A DNA stretch of 32,000 bases from the NCBI RefSeq assembly GCF_004365815.1, contig NZ_SODD01000010.1, forward strand, positions 1 through 32,000, read 5' to 3'. This DNA comes from Breznakia blatticola (GTDB taxonomy: Bacteria; Bacillota_I; Bacilli_A; Erysipelotrichales; Erysipelotrichaceae). This document shows positions 15,392 through 24,504 of this stretch, in pieces; the stretch's first letter is position 1; each line of letters opens with the position of its first letter. The translations under genes and the position numbers were made by a program. The notes below the pieces were generated by a model that saw nothing but the letters and a program-made list of their open reading frames with translations, was not told where the DNA came from and searched no databases.

Positions 15392-17338
15392 ATGGCTGAT
15401 AAAGCAAGTAAAACATACGACGGAAGTAGTATTCAAATATTGGAAGGTTTGGATGCAGTACGGAAACGTCCAGGGATGTATATTGGATCGACCGATGCAA
15501 GGGGACTTCATCACTTAGTATGGGAAATCTTCGATAATGCAATTGATGAAGCAATTAACGGATATGGAAATCTCATTAACATAACCATCTATAAAGATGG
15601 TTCTATTTGTGTTGAAGACTTCGGTCGTGGTATGCCAGTAGATAAACATGCCTCTGGAAAATCCGCATTAGAAGTAATATTTACCATTTTACATGCTGGA
15701 GGGAAATTCTCTGAAGAAGGTGGATATAAAACCTCTGGTGGACTGCATGGAGTAGGTGCGAGTGTTGTAAATGCATTGAGTCGCTGGGTTCGTGTAGAAG
15801 TATGTGTAGGCGGTAAACGTTATGAAATGAATTTCAGTGATGGAGGAAGTAAAGTCACGAAATTAAAACAAATCGGAACAACAAAGCAAACGGGAAGTAA
15901 AGTAACATTCTTACCAGATGATACGATTTTCTCAACTGTTGATTTCTCATTTTCACAAATTTGTGAGCGTGCTAGAGAAAGTGCATTCTTACTAAAAGGA
16001 ATTACGATTAACATTGAAGATGAGCGTAAGGACAAAAAAGAAACATATCATTTTGAAAAAGGATTGGAAGACTTCATGAATTATCTACATGAAGATAAAC
16101 AAGTATTCCATAAACCAGTATCTTTTGCTGGTGCTTCTAGCAATGGAATTACTGTAGATTGTTCATTCCAATATATAGATGAGTATCAAGAAAATATTTT
16201 TAGTTTTGTTAACTTAGTGCGAACAAAAGATGGTGGTACACACGAAGTTGGTGCACGTTCTGCATTTACAAAAGTATTTAATGATTACGCAAGACGTAAT
16301 GGATTATTAAAAGAAAAAGACAAAAACTTTGATGGAAGTGATGTTCGCGAAGGACTAACAATTATTCTATCTGTAGGAATTCCAGAGAATTTACTTCAAT
16401 TTGAAGGACAAACCAAAGGAAAACTAGGAACACCAGAAGCGCGTGGTGTAGTTGATGCTATTGTAAGTGAGAAGTTGACATTCTTCTTAGAAGAAAACAA
16501 AGAACTAGCAATCTCTTTAGTAAAGAAAATGCAACGTGCTGCTCAAGCTCGCGAAGCTGCTAGAAAAGCAAGAAACGAAGCACGTAATGGAAAGAATAAA
16601 GGAAAAACGGAAAAGATTCTTTCTGGAAAACTTGCCAATGCACAAAGTAAAGATTCTCGTAAAAAAGAATTATATCTAGTCGAAGGGGACAGTGCCGGAG
16701 GAAGTGCAAAACAAGGACGTGATAGTAAATATCAAGCGATTTTGCCACTTAGAGGAAAAGTACTGAACACAGAAAAAGCAAGTATTCAAAGTATTGAAAA
16801 AAATGAAGAGTTAAATACAATCATTCATGCAATAGGTGCTGGTGTTGGTGCTAACTTCACTGTAGGTGATTCAAACTACAATAAAGTTATTATTATGACC
16901 GATGCTGATACGGATGGTGCGCATATTCAAGTATTATTATTAACATTCTTCTATCGTTACATGCGTGAATTAATCGAAGAAGGAATGGTGTATATTGCAC
17001 TTCCACCACTATATAAACTAGAACGTGGTAAGGAACAAGTATACATTTGGGATGAAAAAGAATTAAGTGAGAAAGCAAGCCAATATAAAGGGTATGCACT
17101 TCAACGTTATAAAGGACTTGGGGAAATGAATGCGGATCAACTTTGGGATACGACGATGAACCCGGAAACACGTACATTAATACAAGTAAGTATTGATGAT
17201 GCGATGGTTGCGGAAAGAAGAGTTAGTATTTTAATGGGAGATAAAGCAGAACCAAGACGTGATTGGATAGAAGAGAATGTCTCTTTTACCATGGAAGATG
17301 ATTTTGAAAGAGAGGTACAAGATGAGTCGAGACTCTAA
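15392..17338 (+). CDS. parE: DNA topoisomerase IV subunit B
   Basis: 648 aa with a GHKL ATPase (LEGLDAVRKRPGMYIGST, HHLVWEIFDNAIDE), Toprim (ELYLVEGDSAGGSAKQGRD, IMTDADTDGAHI) and the QRYKGLGEMN motif. Called ParE rather than GyrB because of plsY-parE-parC synteny and the partner's C-terminal domain. Confidence 0.85.
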   Translation: MADKASKTYDGSSIQILEGLDAVRKRPGMYIGSTDARGLHHLVWEIFDNAIDEAINGYGNLINITIYKDGSICVEDFGRGMPVDKHASGKSALEVIFTILHAGGKFSEEGGYKTSGGLHGVGASVVNALSRWVRVEVCVGGKRYEMNFSDGGSKVTKLKQIGTTKQTGSKVTFLPDDTIFSTVDFSFSQICERARESAFLLKGITINIEDERKDKKETYHFEKGLEDFMNYLHEDKQVFHKPVSFAGASSNGITVDCSFQYIDEYQENIFSFVNLVRTKDGGTHEVGARSAFTKVFNDYARRNGLLKEKDKNFDGSDVREGLTIILSVGIPENLLQFEGQTKGKLGTPEARGVVDAIVSEKLTFFLEENKELAISLVKKMQRAAQAREAARKARNEARNGKNKGKTEKILSGKLANAQSKDSRKKELYLVEGDSAGGSAKQGRDSKYQAILPLRGKVLNTEKASIQSIEKNEELNTIIHAIGAGVGANFTVGDSNYNKVIIMTDADTDGAHIQVLLLTFFYRYMRELIEEGMVYIALPPLYKLERGKEQVYIWDEKELSEKASQYKGYALQRYKGLGEMNADQLWDTTMNPETRTLIQVSIDDAMVAERRVSILMGDKAEPRRDWIEENVSFTMEDDFEREVQDESRL

Positions 17339-19817
17339 ACAAAAAGAAACACTCGAAAATAAAAGTGGAATAATTGTTGCACCTTTAGAAGAAATCTTTG
17401 GGGACCGTTTTGGTCGTTATTCGAAATATATTATTCAAGAGCGTGCTTTACCAGATGCTCGTGATGGATTAAAACCGGTACAACGCCGGATTTTATTCTG
17501 TATGAATGAAGAAGGAAACACTCATAAAAATAAATATCGTAAATCAGCAAAATCAGTTGGTTTGATTATGGGGAACTATCATCCACATGGGGATAGTAGT
17601 ATTTATGATGCGATGGTACGTATGTCACAAGATTGGAAGACACGTGTACCATTGATTGATATGCAAGGGAATAATGGTTCGATTGATGATGATCCAGCTG
17701 CCGCAATGCGTTATACAGAGGCTAGGCTATCAAAAATTGCACAAATGATGCTTGAAGATATCGATAAAGATACCGTGGAGTTTGCACCTAACTTTGATGA
17801 TACAGAAAAGGAACCAACGGTATTACCTGCACGTTATCCAAACTTGCTTGTAAATGGAATTAGTGGGATTGCTGCAGGTTATGCAACCAATATTCCAACG
17901 CACAATCTGGGTGAAGTTATCGATGCAACAATTTATCGTATTCAAAATGGACATTGTACACTTGATGAATTAATGGAATACATTCAAGGTCCAGATTTTC
18001 CAACCGGTGCGATTGTTCAAGGGTTGCAAGGAATTAAAGATGCCTTTTCTAGTGGGAAAGGTCGTGTCATGGTTCGTGCAAAAGCAGATATTGAACCAAC
18101 TAAGACCATTCAAAAAATAGTTATTACAGAAATTCCATATGATGTAATTAAGTGTAACTTAGTTCGTAAAATGGATGAAATACGTATCAATAAAGACATT
18201 GATGGAATCATTGATGTTCGTGATGAATCTGACCGTAATGGATTACGTATTGTGGTTGATGTAAAAAAAGATGCAGATGCAAATCTTATCTTAAATTACT
18301 TCTATAAACATACAGATCTACAAGTGTCATTCAACTACAACATGGTAGCAATCGTAAATAAACGTCCTGTACAACTTGGTTTAGCACAAGCACTTGATGC
18401 ATTTATTGCACATCGTGATGAAGTAATTATGCGTCGCTCAAAATATGACTTAGAGAAAAAAGAAGCTAGATGTCATATTTTAGAAGGTCTAATTAAAGCT
18501 ATTTCTGTACTTGATGAAGTAATTGCAATTATCCGTAGTTCAAAAGATAAAGCTGATGCAAAACGCGGCTTAATTGAAGCATTCCAATTTAGTGAAGCAC
18601 AAGCAGAAGCTATCGTAACTTTACGTTTGTATCGTTTATCAAATACGGATGTTACACAATTACGTGAAGAATTCGCACAATTATTAAATGAAATGGAAGA
18701 ACTTCGTGACATTATTGATAATCCACGTAGCTTACGTCGTTTAATGATTAAAGAATTAAAGGAAGTAAAAAAAGAGTTTGCTACTCCACGTAAGAGTAAA
18801 ATTGAAAATGAAATTGAAGAAATCAAGATTGATAAAGTACAAATGATTAGCAATGATCGTTATGTAATTACAGTGTCAAAAGATGGATATGCAAAACGTG
18901 TAAGTTTACGTTCTTATGGAGCAAGTGAAAATATCTTCACAGGTTGTAAAGAAGGTGACCATATTATTGGCTATCACGAATGTAATAACCTTGATACATT
19001 AATTTTCTTCACAAATAAAGGAACGTATGGATATTTACCAGTGTATGAACTTGAAGAACATAAGTGGAAAGATATCGGTACACATTTAAATACTAAGATT
19101 AAGATGAAGGGTGATGAAAAGCTAGTAAATGCATACATTCTTCCTAACTTTAAGCAAGATGGATACTTTGTTTTCACAAGTAAACATGGAATGATGAAGA
19201 AAACGGCTATCACTGACTTTGAAGTAAGTAGAAACAATAAGACGATGTCATGTATGAATCTTCATAAAGAAGATGAGCTTGTTAGCGGAGTACTTGCATA
19301 TGCAGATGATGAAGTGTATGTAGCAACTTACAATGGATATGGAGCACACTATAAATTAGATCAAGTTCCAGCAAGTGCACCAAAATCAAAAGGTGTAAAA
19401 GCGATGAATCTAAATGATGATTTAATTGTAGGTGGTCAAATTGCCAATATGCATTCTAAATACTTACTTCTAGTAACGACTGCAGGAGCAACAAAACGTA
19501 TTAAATTAGATGAAATTTCACTTATGAATCGTCCAGTAAAAGGATTGTTATTACACAAACAAGTGAAAAGTAATCCAAACTATATACGCTACATGCGCAT
19601 TTTAGATGCAAGTGAGTCATTAACGTTTGTTGATGATGAAGTACAACACATCGAAAGTACAGAAATTAGTATTATGAATCGTGAATCAAGTTTCTCAAAT
19701 TCAATCAAATTACAACCACATTTCTACTTAATGAAAGGTTTGTATGAAGTGCAAGATCACCCATACAGTGGAGTAAGCGAAGATAAAGAGTTTGAAGAAC
19801 TTACATTGAAGGTATAA
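17322..19817 (+). CDS. parC: DNA topoisomerase IV subunit A
   Basis: Motifs IIQERALPDARDGLKPVQRRIL and HPHGDSSIYDAMVRMSQ, with the catalytic Tyr context AAAMRYTEARL. I saw no GyrA-box (QRRGGKG-like) in the C-terminal domain. Start at 17322 (MSRDSKQ) overlaps the parE end by 17 nt. Confidence 0.85.
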   Translation: MSRDSKQKETLENKSGIIVAPLEEIFGDRFGRYSKYIIQERALPDARDGLKPVQRRILFCMNEEGNTHKNKYRKSAKSVGLIMGNYHPHGDSSIYDAMVRMSQDWKTRVPLIDMQGNNGSIDDDPAAAMRYTEARLSKIAQMMLEDIDKDTVEFAPNFDDTEKEPTVLPARYPNLLVNGISGIAAGYATNIPTHNLGEVIDATIYRIQNGHCTLDELMEYIQGPDFPTGAIVQGLQGIKDAFSSGKGRVMVRAKADIEPTKTIQKIVITEIPYDVIKCNLVRKMDEIRINKDIDGIIDVRDESDRNGLRIVVDVKKDADANLILNYFYKHTDLQVSFNYNMVAIVNKRPVQLGLAQALDAFIAHRDEVIMRRSKYDLEKKEARCHILEGLIKAISVLDEVIAIIRSSKDKADAKRGLIEAFQFSEAQAEAIVTLRLYRLSNTDVTQLREEFAQLLNEMEELRDIIDNPRSLRRLMIKELKEVKKEFATPRKSKIENEIEEIKIDKVQMISNDRYVITVSKDGYAKRVSLRSYGASENIFTGCKEGDHIIGYHECNNLDTLIFFTNKGTYGYLPVYELEEHKWKDIGTHLNTKIKMKGDEKLVNAYILPNFKQDGYFVFTSKHGMMKKTAITDFEVSRNNKTMSCMNLHKEDELVSGVLAYADDEVYVATYNGYGAHYKLDQVPASAPKSKGVKAMNLNDDLIVGGQIANMHSKYLLLVTTAGATKRIKLDEISLMNRPVKGLLLHKQVKSNPNYIRYMRILDASESLTFVDDEVQHIESTEISIMNRESSFSNSIKLQPHFYLMKGLYEVQDHPYSGVSEDKEFEELTLKV

Positions 19818-19819
19818 TC

Positions 19820-20344
19820 ATGGAACTAAAACAACTAATTGAAGCAAATAATTATGCATACAAGCAAGAGATTTATTCTCTTGCTTATGATTTATTACAT
19901 GGAGAACACAGAAAACAAGATCAACCGTATATCGTATATGCGTATGGTTTGCACTTTGAACATTTAGAAGATAAGAAACAAGCGGGTTTTTGTTTTCTAG
20001 CACTACGCAATAGTGCATATTTTTATGATGATGAAGTATTGACAGACCACGCAGTAGAACATTCTGCGTTTGTTGAACGCAATAAGAAAAGTTTGTTTAA
20101 AAAACTGGTCATGGTGAATGTCGTAATGAGTATTGTATTGTTTGTAGTAATGCTATTTTTACTTAAATTACCAATTCTTTATGTATTGGGTTTAATTGCG
20201 ATTATGGTTCTTATCAATCTTGGTTTACAAGGTCGCAGAACAATGAGAGAGTATCCACAAAACATGCAAAATGTTCTTGAAAGTGAAGTTCGTGATGAAC
20301 GTTTGCTTGAAGTTGTGGCAGATTTAAAGTCTTATGACAAGTAA
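19820..20344 (+). CDS. Hypothetical membrane protein (soluble N-domain, two TM helices, charged C-tail)
   Basis: 174 aa. Hydrophobic stretch LVMVNVVMSIVLFVVMLFLLKLPILYVLGLIAIMVLINLGL. Starts 2 nt after the parC stop. No family recognised. Confidence 0.6.
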   Translation: MELKQLIEANNYAYKQEIYSLAYDLLHGEHRKQDQPYIVYAYGLHFEHLEDKKQAGFCFLALRNSAYFYDDEVLTDHAVEHSAFVERNKKSLFKKLVMVNVVMSIVLFVVMLFLLKLPILYVLGLIAIMVLINLGLQGRRTMREYPQNMQNVLESEVRDERLLEVVADLKSYDK

Positions 20345-20819
20345 ATGTAAAGTTTCTTACCGTTTTGCAACGCGTGAGGATATAAGTAAAGTTCTATACT
20401 TTATTCGTGAACTTGCTATATATGAAAAAATGCTTGATGAAGTAGTTACAACTGAGAATGAACTGGAATACTGGTTGTTTGAAAAAAAGACAGCAGAAGT
20501 CATCTTTGCGGTTGTAGACAATAAAGAAGTTGGATTTGCCTTGTTTTTTCATAATTTTTCAACATTTGTTGGAAAAGCAGGATTGTACTTAGAAGATCTG
20601 TTTGTCCTTGAAGCATATCGTGGACAGGGAATTGGTAAGTATCTATTTCAACAACTTGCGACGATTGCCTTAGATAGAGGATGTGGACGCATGGAATGGT
20701 GCTGTTTGGATTGGAATCAGCCAAGTATTGATTTCTACCTTTCCTTAGGGGCTAAAGCAATGGATTCTTGGAGTACATATCGACTGACGACAACGAAATT
20801 ACAACAATTAGCGAAATAG
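20334..20819 (+). CDS. GNAT-family N-acetyltransferase (diamine/SSAT-like subgroup)
   Basis: 161 aa with FATREDISKVLYFIRELAIYEKM, GFALFFHNFSTFVGKAGLYLEDLFVLEAYRGQGIGK and RMEWCCLDWNQPSIDFY. Overlaps the upstream gene by 11 nt. Confidence 0.8.
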   Translation: MTSKCKVSYRFATREDISKVLYFIRELAIYEKMLDEVVTTENELEYWLFEKKTAEVIFAVVDNKEVGFALFFHNFSTFVGKAGLYLEDLFVLEAYRGQGIGKYLFQQLATIALDRGCGRMEWCCLDWNQPSIDFYLSLGAKAMDSWSTYRLTTTKLQQLAK

Positions 20820-20844
20820 TCATAGCTCAACAAAAGAGGGATGT

Positions 20845-21789
20845 ATGAAGACATTTGATAAAACAGTATTTAAAAGTGTATGTCATAGTGGGTCTTATAA
20901 TGAAATCAGTACATATTTACAAGATGTAAGTGATGCTGATGATATAAAGAAACAATATGATGATATCTTTCAAAAACAGCAGTATGTATGGCAACACGAT
21001 GATGTAGAAATCAACATGTTTTTACATAGCTATGAAACATACTTATGGCATGCATTTACACATCAAGAAGGCATCGAACAAAGAAAAGCTTTTCTATTTG
21101 ATAAGTTACAGTCACAATTTCCAAATGTTTCTACTTGGGAACAACTAGAAGAACAGGTTGTTCAGTTTTTTGAAGATAAAGGCTATTATGCACTTTTTGG
21201 AGTAACCCCACCATTTCCTGATTTGTATGCATGGAAAACACAAAGAAAACGTACAGAAAATGTTTCATTGCCTTATGGAAATGTACAAATGCAAGTATAT
21301 GAAATGGATGATGTACTTAGTCATGGTTGGTATCACTATCTAGCATTAAAACATGGCGGTGCCGCAGGTTGGGTTAGTGATGATGGTGCATACTACTTTA
21401 AAGATATGTATGATATCGAATCTGAAGAGTTTCAAGTTAGTTTATTGAAGCATGAAGGACAACACTTCTATGATTTGCAAATGTATCCAAATATGAAAAG
21501 TACAGATTTGGAATATCGTGCAAAACTAGTAGAACTTATTTATGGTACAGATGAAACACGTTTATTAATCTTCGTAAACCAACAAAGTAGTGATCCAAAT
21601 CATCCGCATGGGTATGCAAATAAAGTACTAATCGATGCACTAATAAATAAATTCTTCGCAAAGGGTGCAGTGATAGATGAAACATCATGGAAGTTAATTT
21701 ATGATGATGTTAGATATTATGCTCGTCAGTTACTAGATGAACATTCAAATGCTTTAGTGCATCATGATCTATCAACCTCACTTATTTAA
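20845..21789 (+). CDS. Hypothetical cytoplasmic protein with an HExxH (HEGQH) motif; possible zinc metallopeptidase-like fold
   Basis: 314 aa with no signal peptide. HEGQH is at residues 203-207 (nt 21451-21465), with Glu at 223 and 230. SD AGAGGGA. Family not recognised. Confidence 0.6.
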   Translation: MKTFDKTVFKSVCHSGSYNEISTYLQDVSDADDIKKQYDDIFQKQQYVWQHDDVEINMFLHSYETYLWHAFTHQEGIEQRKAFLFDKLQSQFPNVSTWEQLEEQVVQFFEDKGYYALFGVTPPFPDLYAWKTQRKRTENVSLPYGNVQMQVYEMDDVLSHGWYHYLALKHGGAAGWVSDDGAYYFKDMYDIESEEFQVSLLKHEGQHFYDLQMYPNMKSTDLEYRAKLVELIYGTDETRLLIFVNQQSSDPNHPHGYANKVLIDALINKFFAKGAVIDETSWKLIYDDVRYYARQLLDEHSNALVHHDLSTSLI

Positions 21790-21918
21790 GTTGTATACAA
21801 TATAGAATTTAAACAAATGGTGGTTTACCCATCGTTTTCTTTTTTACATTTTTCATTTATATGAATTGATATTATATAGTTATTAATTCATAATGATATA
21901 GAAAGATATACTACTTTA

Positions 21919-21927
21919 TGGTATACT
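21919..21927 (+). promoter_or_regulatory. Extended -10 promoter (TGgTATACT), 6 nt upstream of the methyltransferase ATG
   Basis: TGGTATACT-ATCTAT-ATG with no SD. TAGAAA lies 17 nt upstream as a weak -35. Confidence 0.45.
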
Positions 21928-21933
21928 ATCTAT

Positions 21934-22668
21934 ATGGAAATACTATCAGTAAATAATCCGCGCGTGAAGCAGTGGAAGAAATATGAAAAAAAGAAATATC
22001 GCAATCAAGATCAACGCTTTTTAGTTGAAGAAGCACATTTGATTGAGGAGGCATTGCAAGCAAATGTATTAGAAACATTACTTGTTTTGCAGGGAAAAGA
22101 AGTGACATGTAATCAAGGAGTAGAGTGTATTGAAGTAAGTCAACAAGTCCTTGATAAGCTGTCTACTCATGTTTCAAGTGTATCTATGATTGGGATATGT
22201 AAGCAACTTACACATAAAGCGCAGTCCTTAGATCGCATTGTTTATTTGGACAATATACAAGATCCAGGAAATGTTGGAACAATCATTCGTACTGCGTATG
22301 CACTAGGATATGATGCGATTTATATGAGTGATACAAGTGTGGATCTCTACAATGAAAAAGTGATACGGGCAACCCAAGGGGCGCTCTTTCATATGCCGAT
22401 TATAAGAGGCAATTTACTTGAGATGATGTCAATACACCAAGAACATGGTGTGCATGTGTATGCAACCGCATTGGACAAACAGGCAAAAATGTTATCAAGT
22501 ATTGCAGTGTCGACACCATTTGCATTAGTCTTTGGAAATGAAGGAAGTGGGGTTTGTCCAGAAATTCTGGCACAAGCAAATACAAAAGTGATGATTGAAA
22601 TGAAACAATTTGAATCATTGAATGTTGCAGTTGCAGCTGGTATTTGCATGTACGAATTTAGTCACTAA
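21934..22668 (+). CDS. TrmH/SpoU-family RNA 2'-O-methyltransferase (YsgA/RlmB-like)
   Basis: 244 aa. The N-terminus (SVNNPRVKQWKKYEKKKYR..RFLVEEAHLIEEAL) and SPOUT motifs (LDNIQDPGNVGTIIRTA, LVFGNEGSGV, IEMKQFESLNVAVAAGI) fit the family. Its position upstream of pheST matches Bacillus ysgA. Confidence 0.85.
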   Translation: MEILSVNNPRVKQWKKYEKKKYRNQDQRFLVEEAHLIEEALQANVLETLLVLQGKEVTCNQGVECIEVSQQVLDKLSTHVSSVSMIGICKQLTHKAQSLDRIVYLDNIQDPGNVGTIIRTAYALGYDAIYMSDTSVDLYNEKVIRATQGALFHMPIIRGNLLEMMSIHQEHGVHVYATALDKQAKMLSSIAVSTPFALVFGNEGSGVCPEILAQANTKVMIEMKQFESLNVAVAAGICMYEFSH

Positions 22669-22691
22669 AGCAGGGAATAGGAAAGGGAACT

Positions 22692-23168
22692 ATGTTTACA
22701 CAAGAACACTTTAGCGACGTAAAAAGGGCAATGAAGACAATGAATTACTTAATTGATCATGCAGATGAAACAACCATTTCATCTGTTGGCGACGATGGAT
22801 ATCCTACCATTAAGACGATGCGTCCAGCACGTTGTCATGATTGTATTCAAACATTTTATTTTGCGACAACTAGAAATGCACTTCGTACATTGAATTACTT
22901 GAATAATCCAAAAGCGGCGATTCATTTTTATGATGCTAACTTTGTACGCACCTTGATGTTACAAGGGTCTATGCGTGTATTGGGACATGAAGAATCCATT
23001 CAATATTATGAAAGCCAAGATGATGAATATTTCAAACTTGGTATTAATGATCCTTCCTTTTGTATTTTGGAATTTCGAGCAGAGCGAGGACGTTTCTATA
23101 GCAACTTACATATCTATGAATTTATTGTTCATGAGTTTTTACAAACGTATTATGATTTGATGACTTAG
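22692..23168 (+). CDS. Pyridoxamine 5'-phosphate oxidase-like FMN-binding split-barrel protein
   Basis: 158 aa with a pattern typical of the general-stress-protein-26/PNPOx-like family (SSVGDDGYPTIKTMRP...FYFATTRNALRTLNYLNNPKAAIHF). Assigned by motif only. Confidence 0.6.
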   Translation: MFTQEHFSDVKRAMKTMNYLIDHADETTISSVGDDGYPTIKTMRPARCHDCIQTFYFATTRNALRTLNYLNNPKAAIHFYDANFVRTLMLQGSMRVLGHEESIQYYESQDDEYFKLGINDPSFCILEFRAERGRFYSNLHIYEFIVHEFLQTYYDLMT

Positions 23169-23189
23169 AAGACTAGGTCATCTTTTTTT
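23159..23189 (+). terminator. Rho-independent terminator
   Basis: GATGACTTAG-AAGA-CTAGGTCATC hairpin followed by 7 T. It overlaps the stop codon. Confidence 0.75.
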
Positions 23190-23195
23190 GTATCC

Positions 23196-23224
23196 TTGAT
23201 TAAGTGTATGCTTTGTATTATAAT
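23196..23224 (+). promoter_or_regulatory. pheST promoter TTGATT-17-TATAAT
   Basis: Hexamers at 23196-23201 and 23219-23224 with a 17 nt spacer. Confidence 0.6.
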
Positions 23225-23230
23225 AACGTG

Positions 23231-23442
23231 GTAAAACGTTGATTAGGACTAGTACTGTTGTACGCTTTCTTAATAGGGAATAGTTGCCTTGACTGTAAGC
23301 AACTTAAGAAAGTAAATAGGAATTCACCTAGGAGTGAGATTAATACTCTCCCGTTACCACGGTTATTGGTTAATTAAGTGTGTCGCAAGATGAAATAGGA
23401 TGGTACCGCGCAATAGCGTTCCTATATCAACTTGTTTTTTTT
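23231..23442 (+). promoter_or_regulatory. T-box riboswitch leader, Phe specifier (UUC)
   Basis: Conserved T-box core AATAGGATGGTACCGCG at 23394-23410. Stem I has an AGTA element, and a specifier-loop context GAA-TTC-A places TTC at 23323-23325. Terminator arms 23386-23400 and 23420-23434 pair at 13 of 15 positions and are followed by 8 T. Sits directly upstream of pheS. Confidence 0.88.
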
Positions 23443-23461
23443 ATGCAGAAAGGAAAGAATC

Positions 23462-24496
23462 ATGGAAAAATTAGAAACGTTACGCCAAGAAGGTATAGCG
23501 AAAATTGAAGCTTGTACATCAACAAAAGAACTTCAAGATGTACGTGTATTGTATCTAGGAAAAAAAGGTCCAATACAAGAAGTAATGAAAATGATGAAGG
23601 ATTTAAGTCCTGAGGAAAAACCAAAGTTTGGACAACAAGTAAATGAAATCAAACAGTTATTGGCATCAAAAATTGAAGAGAAAAAAGTAATTCTTGAAGA
23701 AAAAGAGGTTAACGAAAAACTGATCAATGAAAAAATTGATATTACATTAAGTGGATTGAAACCAAATCTAGGAAATTTACATCCATTAATTATGGTCCAA
23801 CAAGAATTAGAGGACTTATTTATTGGATTAGGATATGAAATTGCTGAAGGTCCAGAAGTAGAACTTGATCTATATAACTTTGAACGTGCCAACATTCCAA
23901 AAGGACACCCTGCACGTGATATGCAAGATACATTCTATATTGATGCAGATCGTTTATTACGTACACACACAACAGCTGTACAAATGCGTGTTTTAGAAGA
24001 GAAAGCACCAAGTTTACCAATTAAAGTTGTTTGTCCAGGAAAAGTGTATCGTCGTGATGATGACGATGCTACGCATTCTCACCAATTTACACAACTTGAA
24101 GGATTGGTAGTTGGTGAAAAGATTCGTTTATCGGATTTAAAAGGAACACTTGAACTTGTTGCTAAAAAGATGTTTGGTGATGATAAAAAGATTCGTTTCC
24201 GTCCATCATATTTCCAATTCACAGAACCAAGTGTAGAAGTCGATGTAAGTTGTCATATCTGTGGTGGTAAAGGATGTCCAACATGTAAAGGAACCGGATG
24301 GATTGAAATACTTGGAGCAGGTATGGTACATCCAAATGTATTATCTATGGCTGGATATGATCCAAAAACAGCAAGTGGATTTGCCTTTGGAATTGGAATG
24401 GAACGTGTTGCATTACTGAAATATGGAATTGATGACATCCGTCATTTATATGCAAACGATGTTCGTTTCTTAAAAACGTTCAGTCGTTTTGAGTAG
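23462..24496 (+). CDS. pheS: Phenylalanine--tRNA ligase alpha subunit
   Basis: 344 aa from [11 protein letters not shown]. Class II aaRS motifs ([49 protein letters not shown]). The ORF-track TTG at 23432 lies inside the T-box terminator tail and is rejected. Confidence 0.93.
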   Translation: MEKLETLRQEGIAKIEACTSTKELQDVRVLYLGKKGPIQEVMKMMKDLSPEEKPKFGQQVNEIKQLLASKIEEKKVILEEKEVNEKLINEKIDITLSGLKPNLGNLHPLIMVQQELEDLFIGLGYEIAEGPEVELDLYNFERANIPKGHPARDMQDTFYIDADRLLRTHTTAVQMRVLEEKAPSLPIKVVCPGKVYRRDDDDATHSHQFTQLEGLVVGEKIRLSDLKGTLELVAKKMFGDDKKIRFRPSYFQFTEPSVEVDVSCHICGGKGCPTCKGTGWIEILGAGMVHPNVLSMAGYDPKTASGFAFGIGMERVALLKYGIDDIRHLYANDVRFLKTFSRFE

Positions 24497-24504
24497 GAGG
24501 ATTC

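Noticed and set aside
14574-15554. The 326-aa version of the minus-strand ORF, extending to 15554.
   Set aside because: The extra 105 codons run antisense through the parE promoter and the first 54 codons of parE, and they do not look like protein. The hydrophobic protein begins at MKKNHII (15239). An open antisense frame of this length is unremarkable in AT-rich DNA.
15392-19817. Alternative call of this gene pair as gyrB-gyrA.
   Set aside because: The adjacent plsY fits the classic Firmicute plsY-parE-parC arrangement. The genes are not in an origin-proximal dnaA/dnaN/recF context. I found no GyrA-box-like motif in the A-subunit C-terminal domain. This is still only an inference; a phylogeny would settle it.
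19818-20018. 66-aa minus-strand ORF opposite the start of the 174-aa gene. Also the small ORFs at 21926-22108 (-), 29993-30190 (+), 30556-30753 (+) and 14509-14778 (-).
   Set aside because: They overlap better-supported genes, promoters or terminators. They lack SDs and have odd composition.
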